A DNA stretch of 63,961 bases, counting the filler, from Trichomonas gallinae (lineage: Eukaryota): the NCBI GenBank assembly GCA_008369845.1. It is 4 parts of 4 records of this genome, joined end to end, with 100 filler letters (N's around TTAATTAATTAA, not from the genome) between each part and the next. Parts side by side here need not be neighbours in the genome. Positions count along the whole stretch, not along the records: positions 1 to 25,614 come from MRSU01001133.1; positions 25,715 to 55,736 come from MRSU01001135.1; 2 more parts are not named here. One strand, given 5' to 3'. The translations under genes and the position numbers were made by a program. Positions 20,562 through 32,506 of this stretch are shown in pieces; the stretch's first letter is position 1; every line of letters starts with the position of its first letter. The notes under the pieces were generated by a model. It made no database searches and was not told the DNA's origin. It saw only the letters and a list, made by a program, of their open reading frames with translations.

Positions 20562-20967
20562 AAAATTTTTGCAAAATATTATTTTAAACTACTCCTTCCT
20601 AAACTGCCAAACATATTAATCCATTTCATAACAACTTATTGGCATTTCTCTGTTATATTAGAAGAGCAGAACGTTATGTCTACTTATGATATGTAAAACA
20701 AAGGAGAAAAGAAGATGGATAATGATTGCTGCGCAATTTTTCTCCTGCATGAATAATAGTTTGACAACATCATATTATATATTATTAACTAGGTATGAAT
20801 TTACCATTGAGATCATTTTCCGAACTGTGCTAATGTAATATAACAATAAATGGACTACATCATATGTATGAGATGATATTAACAGATATTAACAAATATT
20901 TTACATGACAGATTATGTAGACTTTTACGTGTATATAAAAATTTACATGACAAAATTAAACATATTG

Positions 20968-20975
20968 TCACTTTT
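20968..20975 (+). promoter_or_regulatory. Initiator (Inr) TCACTTTT
   Basis: Lies 6 nt before ATG 20982 and matches the trichomonad Inr TCAY(T/A). Confidence 0.65.
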
Positions 20976-20981
20976 CAAAAA

Positions 20982-22160
20982 ATGAGCAATATTTTCGATT
21001 TATTACTTTCGCCTGATGTAGATGTTGCTCAATCTACGTCGAAACTTGTCAGCCTCATGGCCTATTCGAACCCACAGGTATTTATCGACAATTTCGAGCA
21101 GCTCAGGCTGATTGTTATGGCTCTTTGCTGCTCTCCTTATCCATCTTTCTCTACAATCACTATAATCATCAACGGAATCACTAATGGCATCGAAAACAAC
21201 ACAGAACTATATAACGAATACATTATGCCTCTTTTACTGTTATCTTACGATATTTCTCAAGCTTTCTTAAAGAATCCGACATCATGCACGCAGTTTTACC
21301 CAGACATGTCAGCTATTGTCAGACTCATCCTCAACCAAGTCAAGCGCAAAAATCCGCTGACTTTGGAAATGATTATCGCCATCGCAGAGCATTCATCGAT
21401 TGGCTACTTGCCATTCATATCATACGATGAGATCATCATCGATTACCTCGAAGATGTCGTCAAAATCATCTGCACTGCAGAAAACGTCGGCGAAGTTTTA
21501 TCAAAAATTCTTAAAGCTATTGTATCGCCTAATCCCAAGACGGCTGTTATTTACAATGTCATTGTACTAAGCGTTATGTGCGAGTTAGGCAACCAGCCCG
21601 GTATTATTAATGCAACAATGGAACATTCGACAATTATTTTATCTCTCATCGAAAAACTTCCATCAAACCTTTCGTTCTTACCTTCTGTGTTGCTTTTAAC
21701 AACCAGATCCTTCCCAAGCGAATTTTCAAAAATTCAAGTTATTCTTAAAAAAGAATTACCTAACATCATTGAAACTCTGAGAAACGACAGAAGACAGATT
21801 CTCAACTCAGCTGAAAGCAGAGCTGAAGTTAAGACAAATTATACTTTACATCGCACGCAAGTTTCAATTCTCGAGAACACAAGGCTGTTTTCGAAGAAAT
21901 GGAACAACACGTGGCTTTCTCTTCTCGAAGAACCGCAAATTTTGATGTGGTCACCAGATAAGACAAACAACAAGGGAGGCGTCGCTGTTTATATCTCAGA
22001 AGTTTCTAAACTTGAAGTTTTACAAGAAAATACAAATGAACAAGGAAGAAAGAACATTATGAAGATTACAGTTGGAAAAGACACTTACACGTTTTCATTC
22101 AGTAACTACGAAGATGCTTTGCAATGGAATAATATATTCAAGCAGTTGAAATCCAAATAA
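20982..22160 (+). CDS. Protein with helical N-terminus and C-terminal PH domain
   Basis: 'FSKKWNNTWLSL...LMW...GVAVYISEV...YTFSFSNYEDALQWNNIFKQL' follows the PH-domain pattern. Confidence 0.75.
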   Translation: MSNIFDLLLSPDVDVAQSTSKLVSLMAYSNPQVFIDNFEQLRLIVMALCCSPYPSFSTITIIINGITNGIENNTELYNEYIMPLLLLSYDISQAFLKNPTSCTQFYPDMSAIVRLILNQVKRKNPLTLEMIIAIAEHSSIGYLPFISYDEIIIDYLEDVVKIICTAENVGEVLSKILKAIVSPNPKTAVIYNVIVLSVMCELGNQPGIINATMEHSTIILSLIEKLPSNLSFLPSVLLLTTRSFPSEFSKIQVILKKELPNIIETLRNDRRQILNSAESRAEVKTNYTLHRTQVSILENTRLFSKKWNNTWLSLLEEPQILMWSPDKTNNKGGVAVYISEVSKLEVLQENTNEQGRKNIMKITVGKDTYTFSFSNYEDALQWNNIFKQLKSK

Positions 22161-22516
22161 TTTGAATTTTGTTATTATTTATTCTTGATAATTTCAATTG
22201 AGTCGATAAAAATCTTACTATGTTTTTATAATCTATCATATTTTCTTTTCCTTGTTTTTTGGCTATAAATCAGGTAGAAAATGTGCAAAAAAATTAAAAT
22301 CAAAATTGTAAACCTTTAAAAATAGCCGTAAATGAAAATACTGGATTATATTGGACATAGCCTAGCAATATACATGTGAATAAGGAGTAAAAAGAAAATA
22401 TTTTATGACAAAATCAAACATTTAAGTAACAAAAATGCTACACATATATAAGTGTATTCATAGTATGAAATAATTGCAATGAAAATTATAATATTTAAAA
22501 CAAACATGAAATAATA

Positions 22517-25198
22517 TTATAATTCGGACCAATTTGCAAAGGCAGATCTTCCGAATGAAAACAAGGATGAAACATCAGATTCTAGTACTTCTCCGTCAGT
22601 GACTTTGATTATTGTAAGTTCGCCGCAAATGTGGCAACAGAGAACTTTATCACTTCCGATATTAAACATCTCTGTGACTGAAGAAACAAAATGATGTCGT
22701 TTGATGAACTTGCCTTCAACACTGTAAATCTCGAGAAGGCCGAATCTATCTGAGACTACAACATATTTATCGACTATTTTGATCCTCGAGCCGAGCATTG
22801 GCTTCTTGAGAACGAAAGAAGAAGATAACGAATTCTTCACAACTTTCATCACGAAGAATCCTCGATTATTTGTTATGCATCCTATATAGTCTGTGCTGGC
22901 ATCAGAAAATACGATGTCAGGGAGAAGTACTTTGTTGCTAAAAACTTTCCTCAAGCTGCCTGATTCCAAAGAAATTCCAACAACTTGGTCCGGATGAGTG
23001 AAAACTGCCAATTCAGGAGAAACAATGCAAAAAGATGTTATTGGATCCTGGAAGACTTTTGTGAGAATAGATCTCACTTTATAATCCGAAGAACTCTGCA
23101 TATACAATAAAAATCTCGCAACTGACATTGATCCTTCTGTAACAATCGCCCAGAAATTGATGAACTTTCCTCCATGATTCGCCTTCCATTCGCAAATTGT
23201 TCTGACAACTTCTCTCGTTTCAAGAGGAGTTATTACTTCTCCGCGCGACCAAAACAATGACGCTGGCTCTCGTATTGAGCAAACAAAGGCGTCTTTAGTT
23301 CTCGCTGAGCAAACTCTGTCTATATATCCATTAAACTCGAACAAAGTTCTACTGTGGAAGCCGATGTTTGCATCTGTGAAGTGAAAAGTAAATAGAGCAG
23401 CACTGACTGTTTTCTTTGGACTTGATACTATAGCAATGCACTTCCCATTTGATAGGACATCAAATGAGAGAAAATCAGGTGGAAGAATGTTTGGCTTTTC
23501 ATCAATTATTGCATAAAACTTTTTCCCGCATTTGCAGCCGATTATTGTTTCATTTCCGCAAACGAAAGCTGGTAAAATGCCGACTGTGTACTTATTTATA
23601 ATCGATAAAGTGCAAGTGAAGACAACAACTTGTCCATTTGAAAGCCCACAAACGATTTTGTTTGTGGATTCCAAAAAAGATGTCACGAAGCAGTCTTCGA
23701 AGGTATAACCTTCTTTGACATTTAAATCATCGTCAGCAATGAAGACGCTTCCATCGAATAAAGCAATTAGAACACTCGTGGAATTGTATGTTTCAATCGC
23801 TGACACTTGAGAAACAAATTTTCTGTCTGAAACTTTTTCGAGGACTCCATTCGAATACATGTAGCAGCCAATATAACTTCCCAATGCGAGGAAAATCGTT
23901 GAGTGATGGAAACATGATAGCGTCGACTGGTGTTTGATAACATTAACATATCCATGGTCAAACACATGAATAGAATCGTCACAAACAGCAAAGAAAAACT
24001 GCAGTGAATTCATATGAATCCTTTCGAAATGGTTATGCTTCAAAACAGAAGGTGTGCAGTCCTTAAAGTCTTCAGATATCAGCACAGCTCTATCCTCGTA
24101 CATAACGAAAGTATAGTTACCATTGTATGTCTTAAGATGCGGCGGTTTAACGTATTTCATTTCTGAAACTTTTTCTATTTCTATACCATAATCGTAAAAA
24201 GCAGAATGAACAGAATGTCCGCTTGCAATAATGAAATTTCCTTTTCTATAAGAAGAAGAACGGCAAATTACGCTTTCTACTTCGTCTAAAACAGATAAAT
24301 CTCTATCCAGTAGTTGTATTTTGTCTGAATCAATGGAAATCAAAAGTCGGTTTAATGTCGGCGATGAAATTGAGTTTGCGCCAATTACAGTTTTCATAAT
24401 TTCAACTGTTTCGCCATCAAATCTTATAACTAAGCCATCGGCATTCAGCATGTATAAGTTGATGCCAACACTCACAGCATCAACAATCAAATCATCGCCG
24501 TTTTTACTTGATATTTGAAATGGATTGAAAAAATATGAATTTTCTGACATTTGAATTTTCGAAAATTTTCCCTGCGAAAGAACGTAGACTGCGTTGTGTG
24601 CTGGTGTGCATATCAATCTATATGGTATCTCCATGCTTAGCACTTTCCTGTAAACTGATTTAAGCTGAGCAGGGTCTGAGTAATTGTAAAAACAAACTTC
24701 GAAGTTATTTGCTCTTTGTAATAAAACTATTCTGTTATTAATGATGCCAGCTGATAGAACACTTTGTACATTTATATCATATCGAGTAAATAATAGTGTT
24801 TCGCGATCAGTAATCGAAATCGTTGGATATGTACTGTATAATAAAATTTTAGAATCCCAGCAAGTAACGAATGTATATTCTTGATCGATTTTCTGCTTGT
24901 GTGTGATGGCAAGTTCGTGGTCTTTATTTAAGGAAAGAAAAAAAAGCTCATTTTTCGAAATGAAAATTATTTCTGCGAATTTTTCGAAAACTGTAGCTGA
25001 TGATATTGGATCTTTGTGCATGTATGTTGTAGTTTCTACCAATTTGTTGGATTTTATTGATAATAGTCGAATTGATGAGTGACCAACGAGAATGCAGTCA
25101 CTAATTGTTGGATGAGTGAACTTTCCTGTTAAAATTGTTTGTATGGATGAATCTGGCTTGATTTGCTTAACCCATTTAGGGTTCGAAATATCATCCAT
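22517..25198 (-). CDS. Multi-beta-propeller protein, DDB1/CPSF160/SF3B3(Rse1)/MMS1-like
   Basis: N-terminus 'KQIKPDSSIQTILTGKFT...DCILVGHSSIRLL' matches the family start. The protein is beta-strand-rich throughout. Confidence 0.6.
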   Translation of the reverse strand: MDDISNPKWVKQIKPDSSIQTILTGKFTHPTISDCILVGHSSIRLLSIKSNKLVETTTYMHKDPISSATVFEKFAEIIFISKNELFFLSLNKDHELAITHKQKIDQEYTFVTCWDSKILLYSTYPTISITDRETLLFTRYDINVQSVLSAGIINNRIVLLQRANNFEVCFYNYSDPAQLKSVYRKVLSMEIPYRLICTPAHNAVYVLSQGKFSKIQMSENSYFFNPFQISSKNGDDLIVDAVSVGINLYMLNADGLVIRFDGETVEIMKTVIGANSISSPTLNRLLISIDSDKIQLLDRDLSVLDEVESVICRSSSYRKGNFIIASGHSVHSAFYDYGIEIEKVSEMKYVKPPHLKTYNGNYTFVMYEDRAVLISEDFKDCTPSVLKHNHFERIHMNSLQFFFAVCDDSIHVFDHGYVNVIKHQSTLSCFHHSTIFLALGSYIGCYMYSNGVLEKVSDRKFVSQVSAIETYNSTSVLIALFDGSVFIADDDLNVKEGYTFEDCFVTSFLESTNKIVCGLSNGQVVVFTCTLSIINKYTVGILPAFVCGNETIIGCKCGKKFYAIIDEKPNILPPDFLSFDVLSNGKCIAIVSSPKKTVSAALFTFHFTDANIGFHSRTLFEFNGYIDRVCSARTKDAFVCSIREPASLFWSRGEVITPLETREVVRTICEWKANHGGKFINFWAIVTEGSMSVARFLLYMQSSSDYKVRSILTKVFQDPITSFCIVSPELAVFTHPDQVVGISLESGSLRKVFSNKVLLPDIVFSDASTDYIGCITNNRGFFVMKVVKNSLSSSFVLKKPMLGSRIKIVDKYVVVSDRFGLLEIYSVEGKFIKRHHFVSSVTEMFNIGSDKVLCCHICGELTIIKVTDGEVLESDVSSLFSFGRSAFANWSEL

Positions 25199-25614
25199 AC
25201 AAAACTTTTAAAATAATGAACTTAATTATGAAGCATCATTCACTTTTGTTCGATTTATTGTATGAGAATGATAATTTTTGAATAACATATGCAACTAAAA
25301 ATTATTTGCAAATAAATAAAATTAAACACCTTAAAAATTTTCAGTGGAAAATGACATCATAACATATCAGTATTATAATATCACTTCAAATTCATTGCAT
25401 ACGTAAATTAAATCAATTTCAATATATACTTTATATTCAACATTAGGAATGATAGAATAGCAAAAGCAGCCCGGTATCATTTTATATATAGGTTTGGAAA
25501 TGATTTTATAATGAGATGAAAAAAAAAATGTAATTTTGACAAGCAGTTATCCTCTGTTTTATGATTAAACGAAAAAATGAGTCGTTCACTTTTGCACCAC
25601 TTTGCACCATTGTA

Positions 25615-25714
25615 NNNNNNNNNNNNNNNNNNNNNNNNNNNNNNNNNNNNNNNNNNNNTTAATTAATTAANNNNNNNNNNNNNNNNNNNNNNNNNNNNNN
25701 NNNNNNNNNNNNNN
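25615..25714. other. Assembly gap with six-frame-stop spacer
   Basis: N44-TTAATTAATTAA-N44, identical at all three gaps. Confidence 0.97.
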
Positions 25715-26465
25715 TTTTTCTGGGCAAAACGATAATTTTCAATACCGCATTGAAAAATTGAGACCGCTATTTGGTCGCGTAGCGGACCCTTAAAAGTCTC
25801 CGATCAATTTCTGATATTTACTGAATATTATAAGTGTTTCAAATCGTTTTCTGGTCTTCCTATTGATCATTTCTATATATATCTGATGTTACAGAAAAAT
25901 CCATTGAATAGGTTTTCTCAAAACTGACCTTGAAAAAGAAAATGGTTTAAAAACATAATATATTGTATATCATCATGTTCAAACTATGCTATCACGCCCA
26001 TAAACTTTAGATATGATAGTTTTTAAACTATCAAAGTATCAAATATGAATATAAAATGTTGGAAATGAATTTTTTTTTTTCAATGGAATTTAATTTATTT
26101 CGTTTTTTTGTTTGAACTACAGCATATGTAGATAAAAGAAACAACTCAGTTCTCCATCCAAAGCAAAGGCAGACTAGTTACATCCATCATAATTGCAACA
26201 TCACGTTAAACTTTTATTAATCGATTTCATCAAATTAAATTCAAACTTCAAATACAATAACGTTACAAACTAAATTCCATGACTAAAGCCAATCAATGAT
26301 ATTGCTAATACATGTTTCCCAAAAGAATTATATCCTAATCAATTAATCTTTGATTGATTTTAAGCTTTATTATATTGGTTCTCAAATTACTCTTTGTAGA
26401 AGCATAATATTATGAAAGAAACAACATTTATTAATTTAAATTCATACAAAATATAATATATATGA

Positions 26466-29400
26466 TTAAACTTCCATAGGTTCAACACTATAGTATTTTC
26501 CGACTATAGGATCTTCTTTGGAAACAAATTTAGCCCCAATACTTGCAATCTGGTTATAAACACTTTCTGTAATGCACGCTTTTCCACTTTCACCAAGTAT
26601 AGATAGGCGGACCGCATTATTGAAGGCATTTCCAATGACAGCAAGCTCTTTAACTTCGCCTTTAGACTCAGCTATTTCAACAGTGTCACCAGTATCTACA
26701 CCAATTGTGATTTCTCCGAAGAATGTTGGATCATCGAAACTTGCGAGTACATCATCAATGAAGTGGAACATGTCAGTAGCAGCATTAGGTGCGTTAGAGA
26801 TTGCAGCGAACATTCCTTGCGCGAAGAAGAGGCGCTGAATGTTCTCGTATTTCTTCATGCATTCTTCGAGTTTCGACAAAATTGATTTTCTCTGCTTCAT
26901 GACCGCTGCTGGTGCTAATGAGCTACTGAACTGAACAAGCCTGATCGTGCAGACTGTTGCATCGCCGACTTTGGCTTCTGTTTCATTGCCTAAAAGTGCT
27001 GGGCGAAGATTTGCCTGTAGTATATCGTTCGCGCTTTGAAGAATGCTGATCTTCTTCTGCTTCGCTATGACCGTCGACAGATCTGATACAACGAAAGCAA
27101 ACAGTCTGTCTTTCTTCGTCTTTCCTGTAACAAGCGGCAGGACTTCGCATTCGATAACTTGTCCGTTTTCGCGACGCCACTTTGACACGATTTTGTCGAA
27201 CTTAATTGTCTCGTTTTCGTTTTCCTGGTCGATATTTGGCTGGCTTCCTTCGTTCGCCCACTCTTTGTTGGCTCCTGTAAGCTTAGTAGTCTCCTCGAAA
27301 TTAAATACCTTTTGGAGCTTGTCGACATCGGTTATCATCGAAATGTTCTGGCCGACAATGTGCGAAATTTCGTAATTAAACACGACTTGGAACGCGCTGT
27401 TGACTGAAACAATGTTTCCGTCGCTAGTAGTGAAAACGAGTGGATGGGAAGTGTTCGCCAAAAGTGTCGCTGTATCTGTCATGTTTGCATTTCTCTGCGA
27501 TATTCTTCTGTTAAGCAAATTCATCATCAGCTCATCATTCATAACAGCATCTGTCGGAACTGTTCTCAATATGAAGTTAATCATAGTCCTGTAGACTCTC
27601 CTCAAGAAGATGTACTTGTAGAAAGTTAAGAGCAAAGAGACAAATGACATGATGCACTGTGTTATTACTATCACTACAATGAACTTGTTTGCATTCTTGT
27701 TTTCATATTGACCTTGGTCTAATAATAAGTCAACAATCTCTTCTTCCTGTTTGTATAAGTGGCTGTTGACATAGTGGAACAATTCTATGAATGTTTCGTC
27801 AGTGAAGAAACCGTCACTTCTTGCTTCATTTTGTAGTTTCATCATCATGTTGTAGAAAGCAGAAACGCCTGAATCCAATGACAGACAAGCCAAAGTCTCA
27901 TGATATGTTGCGTTACTCAGACTGAAAGAACAAGGAGAATGAACTTGTATTTGAGTAATTTTATCGTATATAGAGCCTTTTCCGTAGTATCCTTTAGCGC
28001 ACTGTTGCTGTGCATCTGTTAAGTTATTAAGAGCCTGCATAGTTCTCCTCTGGTATTCCCTGGATAAGTCATCACCGTAGGACCTAAGAATGTTTATGCA
28101 AACAAGAGAATAGAAAGACTCAATTGTCTTCGATTTCCTTCTCGCACATTGAAGCAAAGTTGTCCCTAAATCAGTGAAATCATCAGCCAACTCAGTGATC
28201 TTAACTATGAACGCGAAAATTCCTCCCAAAAGAATCAATGTTAATAGCAATTCGAAAAACGCCAATAAATTTGATTTCCACTGAGATCTTGTTGTCTTTG
28301 AAATTGTCGCTGTATTGTTAGGAGCATCAGTAGATATCTGAGCGATGAAAATATTCGAAGAAATCGAAGCAAATGTCTCCGGAGTGAAATGTTTGCACGC
28401 CATCATTGTCTTCTGCATTCTAGCTTTGTATATCACCATTAAAATGAAATCAACGGCGATGAAAAAAGCAGCGTAAACAATTAAAACAATGAAGAAGTTC
28501 AGTCTATTGAAGTCTCCAATCTTTTGGCGATTTTCTTTGATGAAACTCCTTGCAAAAAGCTGCAAATTGTCAACAATAGAGGCAGCAAGGTCGAACGAAT
28601 CGAAAGCCAATGGAGAGTTGATGCTATTCTCCGTTGCAACGATATGTGCGTCCAAGAAGTAGTTCGAGAAGATGTATATTAATGATTCGTTGCCGCCACT
28701 CAGCATTTCGAACGTGTCATTACAGAACTTGACTGGATATTTCTGGGTGAAAATCGAATTAACGCTTGTCGACAAATCTTCGCCATCAACAATAGAATCT
28801 GCCATTGAATTATAGACATCAACTAATGCTGCTAAACCGAGCTCTGTGAATTCGTGTGCAGCGTAAAGATATCCTTCAACTGGAGCGATAATATAATAGT
28901 CGTGAACAACTCTGTCAGATCCAATAACATCATGCATCTGCTTGAGAGTTGGCATCAAAGATAACTTGTCGGCAATATTGAGTGCGAAACCAATCATTGA
29001 AAGCGCCGTGTACTCGCCAATATCAGTGGAATTCTTGATCAGATACATCCTGTCGACACTTGGACTGAACATGTTGTAGAATGTTCTGACCATATATGCG
29101 AACAAAATGAAGAAAGCGAGAAACTTGATGATGCCTATCACCAGCATTATATGCAGCGCTAAAGTCACATGGCTTGATAAAGCTCTCTGGAACTCTAATC
29201 TAAGACGTGGATGTTCAACGAGCTGGCCGAGTGCTTCTTCTTTCGCTTTGATATCTAAATCGTCCATCGTTGTAATCTGCTGTCTTCCGAGGATTTTGTT
29301 TGCATATTCAGGGAACATGTGGAGGAAACTTAGTGACGCGTTATCGTATTTGAAGATTTTTCCATCTTGAAGTTGCAAAGCGCTGAAGTGCCAATAAGCA

Positions 29401-30908
29401 GCGCCTTCAAAGTCGCTCTTGCATTCGACCAAGAAGTGAGCATATTCTTCCGCCAATAGAGCGTTTCTCGGATATTTCTCTAACGCGTCTTTCCAATGAT
29501 GCTCGCATGTGTTTACTTGTCTGCAGACTGGTTCCATTACTTTAGGAGCGATGAAGCAATTTCCTTCCATAAATTTCCATGCTGCGCGAATTGACATCTC
29601 GATTTTCTTCGTTTCATCTCTAAGAGGGATCAGTTCATCAACAGCGCAAAGAGGCTGACGGCCTGTTTCGACTGTTTTAAGTATATAAAAGAGAAAAGAC
29701 TCGGAGATCGACAAACCTGTTGCGTTTCTAAGCATAGCAAGCTGTGCAGTGAACTGAGCTTGGAACTCAGCGAATACGCAAGTTACTTTCGCCACTTCAA
29801 GTCTGACGCTGAAATCATTTGTCGCCTGGCAGATGCTTTCTATTAAGTGGCCTGTCTGAAAACTCTGGTCATAGAAAGAAACTGCGAGTCTCAGCTGTTT
29901 GATTGTTTCGTTCCTGCTCTTGAATTCTGTCCTCTTCATTATCTTCTTCGCGTATATTTTGAGCGTGAAATAGAAAATGTTGAAGCCGACAATCCAGCCA
30001 ACGAGTCCTAATATAGGACGAAGAGGGACGAAAGATCCGCGAATAAAGAAACCGATGCAAACGAAAATGCAGCTTAGCATAGTCGCGCCCATCTCAGCAT
30101 TGATATACAAGTAGCAGAATGGGAACTGGAAAGTCCAGTAGAGCAGGAAGATGTCTAGAACAATGTGAAGTGAATCGAGAAAATAAGAAAAATATTCGTT
30201 CAAATCATCTGATACCCAAGTGAAAAACAGGATTAATGAATTGAATACTAACGAGTAGAATATAGGCTGTCCGTTGAAATACGCGCTTATTGAATCGTGG
30301 AAGAAAACAGTGCTCGCTGAAAATGTTGTATTGAAAAATGTAATAGCGACAAGTAATACCCATGAAATGCATCCCAATACGATAAATATTGTGCTCTGCG
30401 TTTTATTTTGTGATTCTAATAGGTTATCTAATGCTGATCCAATAACTGATGCAGTAGGAATGACAATTATCGGTACAATTAGGTGCATTATTATTGATAA
30501 TATAGCAGTGGCAACCTTAGAAATAGTGTTTCGCACGTAAAATGATATTGTTACAATTATCAAGAAAATGGAACAAAAATATCCAATAGCGAGGACAAGT
30601 GCAGATTCAATAGTGTAAGTTTTGCCCGAAGAATTCGGAACGAACATGAAAATAGCTGTAAGATAAAAATCAACTTTCGAATCTGGATAGAAATTACAGA
30701 ACATCGGAACTAAAAGATGTTGTATTGCGACAAAAAACGTCTGAATATATGTCCAAACTCTATATGAATACGTCGAACGCTGTAAACGAGATATGAATGG
30801 AAACAGTTTCGTGTAGGAAGAGTTGACTGCCATCGCCTTTTTCTTGATATCTGGCATCTGCGTGTGTCTCGATGATGATGCTGTGTTTAAAGAGCGATTT
30901 GAGTCCAT
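26466..30908 (-). CDS. Transmembrane adenylyl/guanylyl cyclase-like protein (multi-TM + PAS + degenerate class III cyclase domain)
   Basis: Many TM helices. PAS domain 'PLVFTTSDGNIVSVNSAFQVVFNY....IVGQNI'. Cyclase-like C-terminus 'ITIGVDTG...VIGNAFNNAVRL...GESGKACITESVY'. Confidence 0.85.
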   Translation of the reverse strand: MDSNRSLNTASSSRHTQMPDIKKKAMAVNSSYTKLFPFISRLQRSTYSYRVWTYIQTFFVAIQHLLVPMFCNFYPDSKVDFYLTAIFMFVPNSSGKTYTIESALVLAIGYFCSIFLIIVTISFYVRNTISKVATAILSIIMHLIVPIIVIPTASVIGSALDNLLESQNKTQSTIFIVLGCISWVLLVAITFFNTTFSASTVFFHDSISAYFNGQPIFYSLVFNSLILFFTWVSDDLNEYFSYFLDSLHIVLDIFLLYWTFQFPFCYLYINAEMGATMLSCIFVCIGFFIRGSFVPLRPILGLVGWIVGFNIFYFTLKIYAKKIMKRTEFKSRNETIKQLRLAVSFYDQSFQTGHLIESICQATNDFSVRLEVAKVTCVFAEFQAQFTAQLAMLRNATGLSISESFLFYILKTVETGRQPLCAVDELIPLRDETKKIEMSIRAAWKFMEGNCFIAPKVMEPVCRQVNTCEHHWKDALEKYPRNALLAEEYAHFLVECKSDFEGAAYWHFSALQLQDGKIFKYDNASLSFLHMFPEYANKILGRQQITTMDDLDIKAKEEALGQLVEHPRLRLEFQRALSSHVTLALHIMLVIGIIKFLAFFILFAYMVRTFYNMFSPSVDRMYLIKNSTDIGEYTALSMIGFALNIADKLSLMPTLKQMHDVIGSDRVVHDYYIIAPVEGYLYAAHEFTELGLAALVDVYNSMADSIVDGEDLSTSVNSIFTQKYPVKFCNDTFEMLSGGNESLIYIFSNYFLDAHIVATENSINSPLAFDSFDLAASIVDNLQLFARSFIKENRQKIGDFNRLNFFIVLIVYAAFFIAVDFILMVIYKARMQKTMMACKHFTPETFASISSNIFIAQISTDAPNNTATISKTTRSQWKSNLLAFFELLLTLILLGGIFAFIVKITELADDFTDLGTTLLQCARRKSKTIESFYSLVCINILRSYGDDLSREYQRRTMQALNNLTDAQQQCAKGYYGKGSIYDKITQIQVHSPCSFSLSNATYHETLACLSLDSGVSAFYNMMMKLQNEARSDGFFTDETFIELFHYVNSHLYKQEEEIVDLLLDQGQYENKNANKFIVVIVITQCIMSFVSLLLTFYKYIFLRRVYRTMINFILRTVPTDAVMNDELMMNLLNRRISQRNANMTDTATLLANTSHPLVFTTSDGNIVSVNSAFQVVFNYEISHIVGQNISMITDVDKLQKVFNFEETTKLTGANKEWANEGSQPNIDQENENETIKFDKIVSKWRRENGQVIECEVLPLVTGKTKKDRLFAFVVSDLSTVIAKQKKISILQSANDILQANLRPALLGNETEAKVGDATVCTIRLVQFSSSLAPAAVMKQRKSILSKLEECMKKYENIQRLFFAQGMFAAISNAPNAATDMFHFIDDVLASFDDPTFFGEITIGVDTGDTVEIAESKGEVKELAVIGNAFNNAVRLSILGESGKACITESVYNQIASIGAKFVSKEDPIVGKYYSVEPMEV

Positions 30909-31458
30909 TTATTTTTGTTTTTTGTTTTTTAGAAGAAAATTTTTCAAAAAATTTCCCAAAAAATCTGTAAATATGCTATTCACATGTAATTTAGACTTTT
31001 TACAACCTGTGACGATTAACTTCAATTCAATGCTTTACAATTCACTTTTAACGCTATAATAACTATAAACACAGTCAATAATTAATAAATATTCAGGCAA
31101 AAAGCAATTTTTTTAAGTTTTGCAAAAAAATATTCATTTTTGAAATGTGATGTGTCTTCGAAAACAATGTATTTCTATTATACTCCTCTTATTGTATATA
31201 TCTATGACGTCGAATAGTTTCTTATACAATATGTCATTAGATCTGTCAAAACGGATATTTTACATTGCGATTACTCTCAAATTTTTGTAAAACGAATATT
31301 TTACATGTCATTTACTGATATTTCTTCGGGAAACTAATTTCTCGGTTTTGATTTAGCTTTGGCTTATCTACAGCAAAATATATCTAATTCATACTGAATT
31401 ATTCTTAAAACTCATTAAAGCATTATTATTTAATTTGATCAAGATATTCATGTGTGTA

Positions 31459-32320
31459 TCATACATTTGTGTTCTCATTTTCATGTTCATTATTTCCTGA
31501 TTGTTGAGGAGCATTATTATCAACTACAAAGAAATTGCTTGAACTTTTTTCTTCATATTCATCAGTAAATGAATGATCCTGATAAACATTGGATGTAGTA
31601 AACATTGGATTATTGTATGTAATATCACCAATTACTCCCCCTACAAATACTGTTTCTTCCAACTCAACCTGACCCATTTCTTCACTTTGTTCCACACTTT
31701 TGCACATGAGATAGAGAACAACTACAACAACGATGACCACAATTACGCTAAGCGGAACCGCAATGAAAATGGGAATGTATTTTTTGTTTGCATTTTTTCT
31801 TTCTATAGGATTTTTTACGGGGGGAGGTGAAGAATGATTTATGGATACAGATGTGTTTGAAGGAGGAGGAACTATGTTCGATTGAGTACTTTCTGGAATG
31901 TAAACACTGAATGGCAATGTTTGATTTCTGGAGTTTACTCCATCTTTTGCTTAGATGGAATAGTAACATTTCTTGAAAAGTTAACCCAACTTTTGTTTGG
32001 TTATAATGTAGTAGTATTGATATCCTTCTATTTCTGCATAAACTGGTATATTTTCACCATTTATATTTAGTTTGGCTTTCCCTGTTATAAGAACAATTTG
32101 GCCTGGATGTGTTCGATTAGGATTTATTTGAACATTTCGCAATTCTGGAGCGTATATACAATATTGTATTATGTTATTCAAATTTAATTGATATATCATT
32201 ATTTGATGCGTAACCATATTCATCTATTACTTTAATATTCAGAATAGCGCTGCCTGCTTGATGTATTTGAGATTTGTATCTGATTATTAATAAATTGGAT
32301 GTTTTGACTGTTGGATACGT
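31459..32320 (-). pseudogene. Frameshifted surface-protein relic with TM and cytoplasmic tail homologous to that of 3..1967
   Basis: Coding fragments lie in different frames (DEYGYASNND; 31981-32223; VNFSRNVTIP; 31459-31917). The tail 'VELEETV...ITYNNPMFTTS...DHSFTDEYEE' aligns with 'VEMNEETV...MTNDNPLWTTS...DDPFNKDFEE'. The 5' limit is approximate. Confidence 0.65.
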
Positions 32321-32506
32321 CAATTTTATGTATATATTTTAGTTAAATATCAAATTATTTTCTTATAAAATCAATTTTATTTTGATCAAAATTTAAAATA
32401 TTGCAAAAACGACAAATTTAATTGAAAATATATTATAATATGATGTGTGGATGTTGTATTTTTAGTTATTTTTTGATTTACCAAGAAAAAAAATATTTTT
32501 CATCGA

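Noticed and set aside
25659..25670. Palindrome TTAATTAATTAA (also at 55781 and 62815)
   Set aside because: Identical and centred in 100-bp N gaps: an artificial six-frame stop linker. Adjacency across these gaps is unverified.
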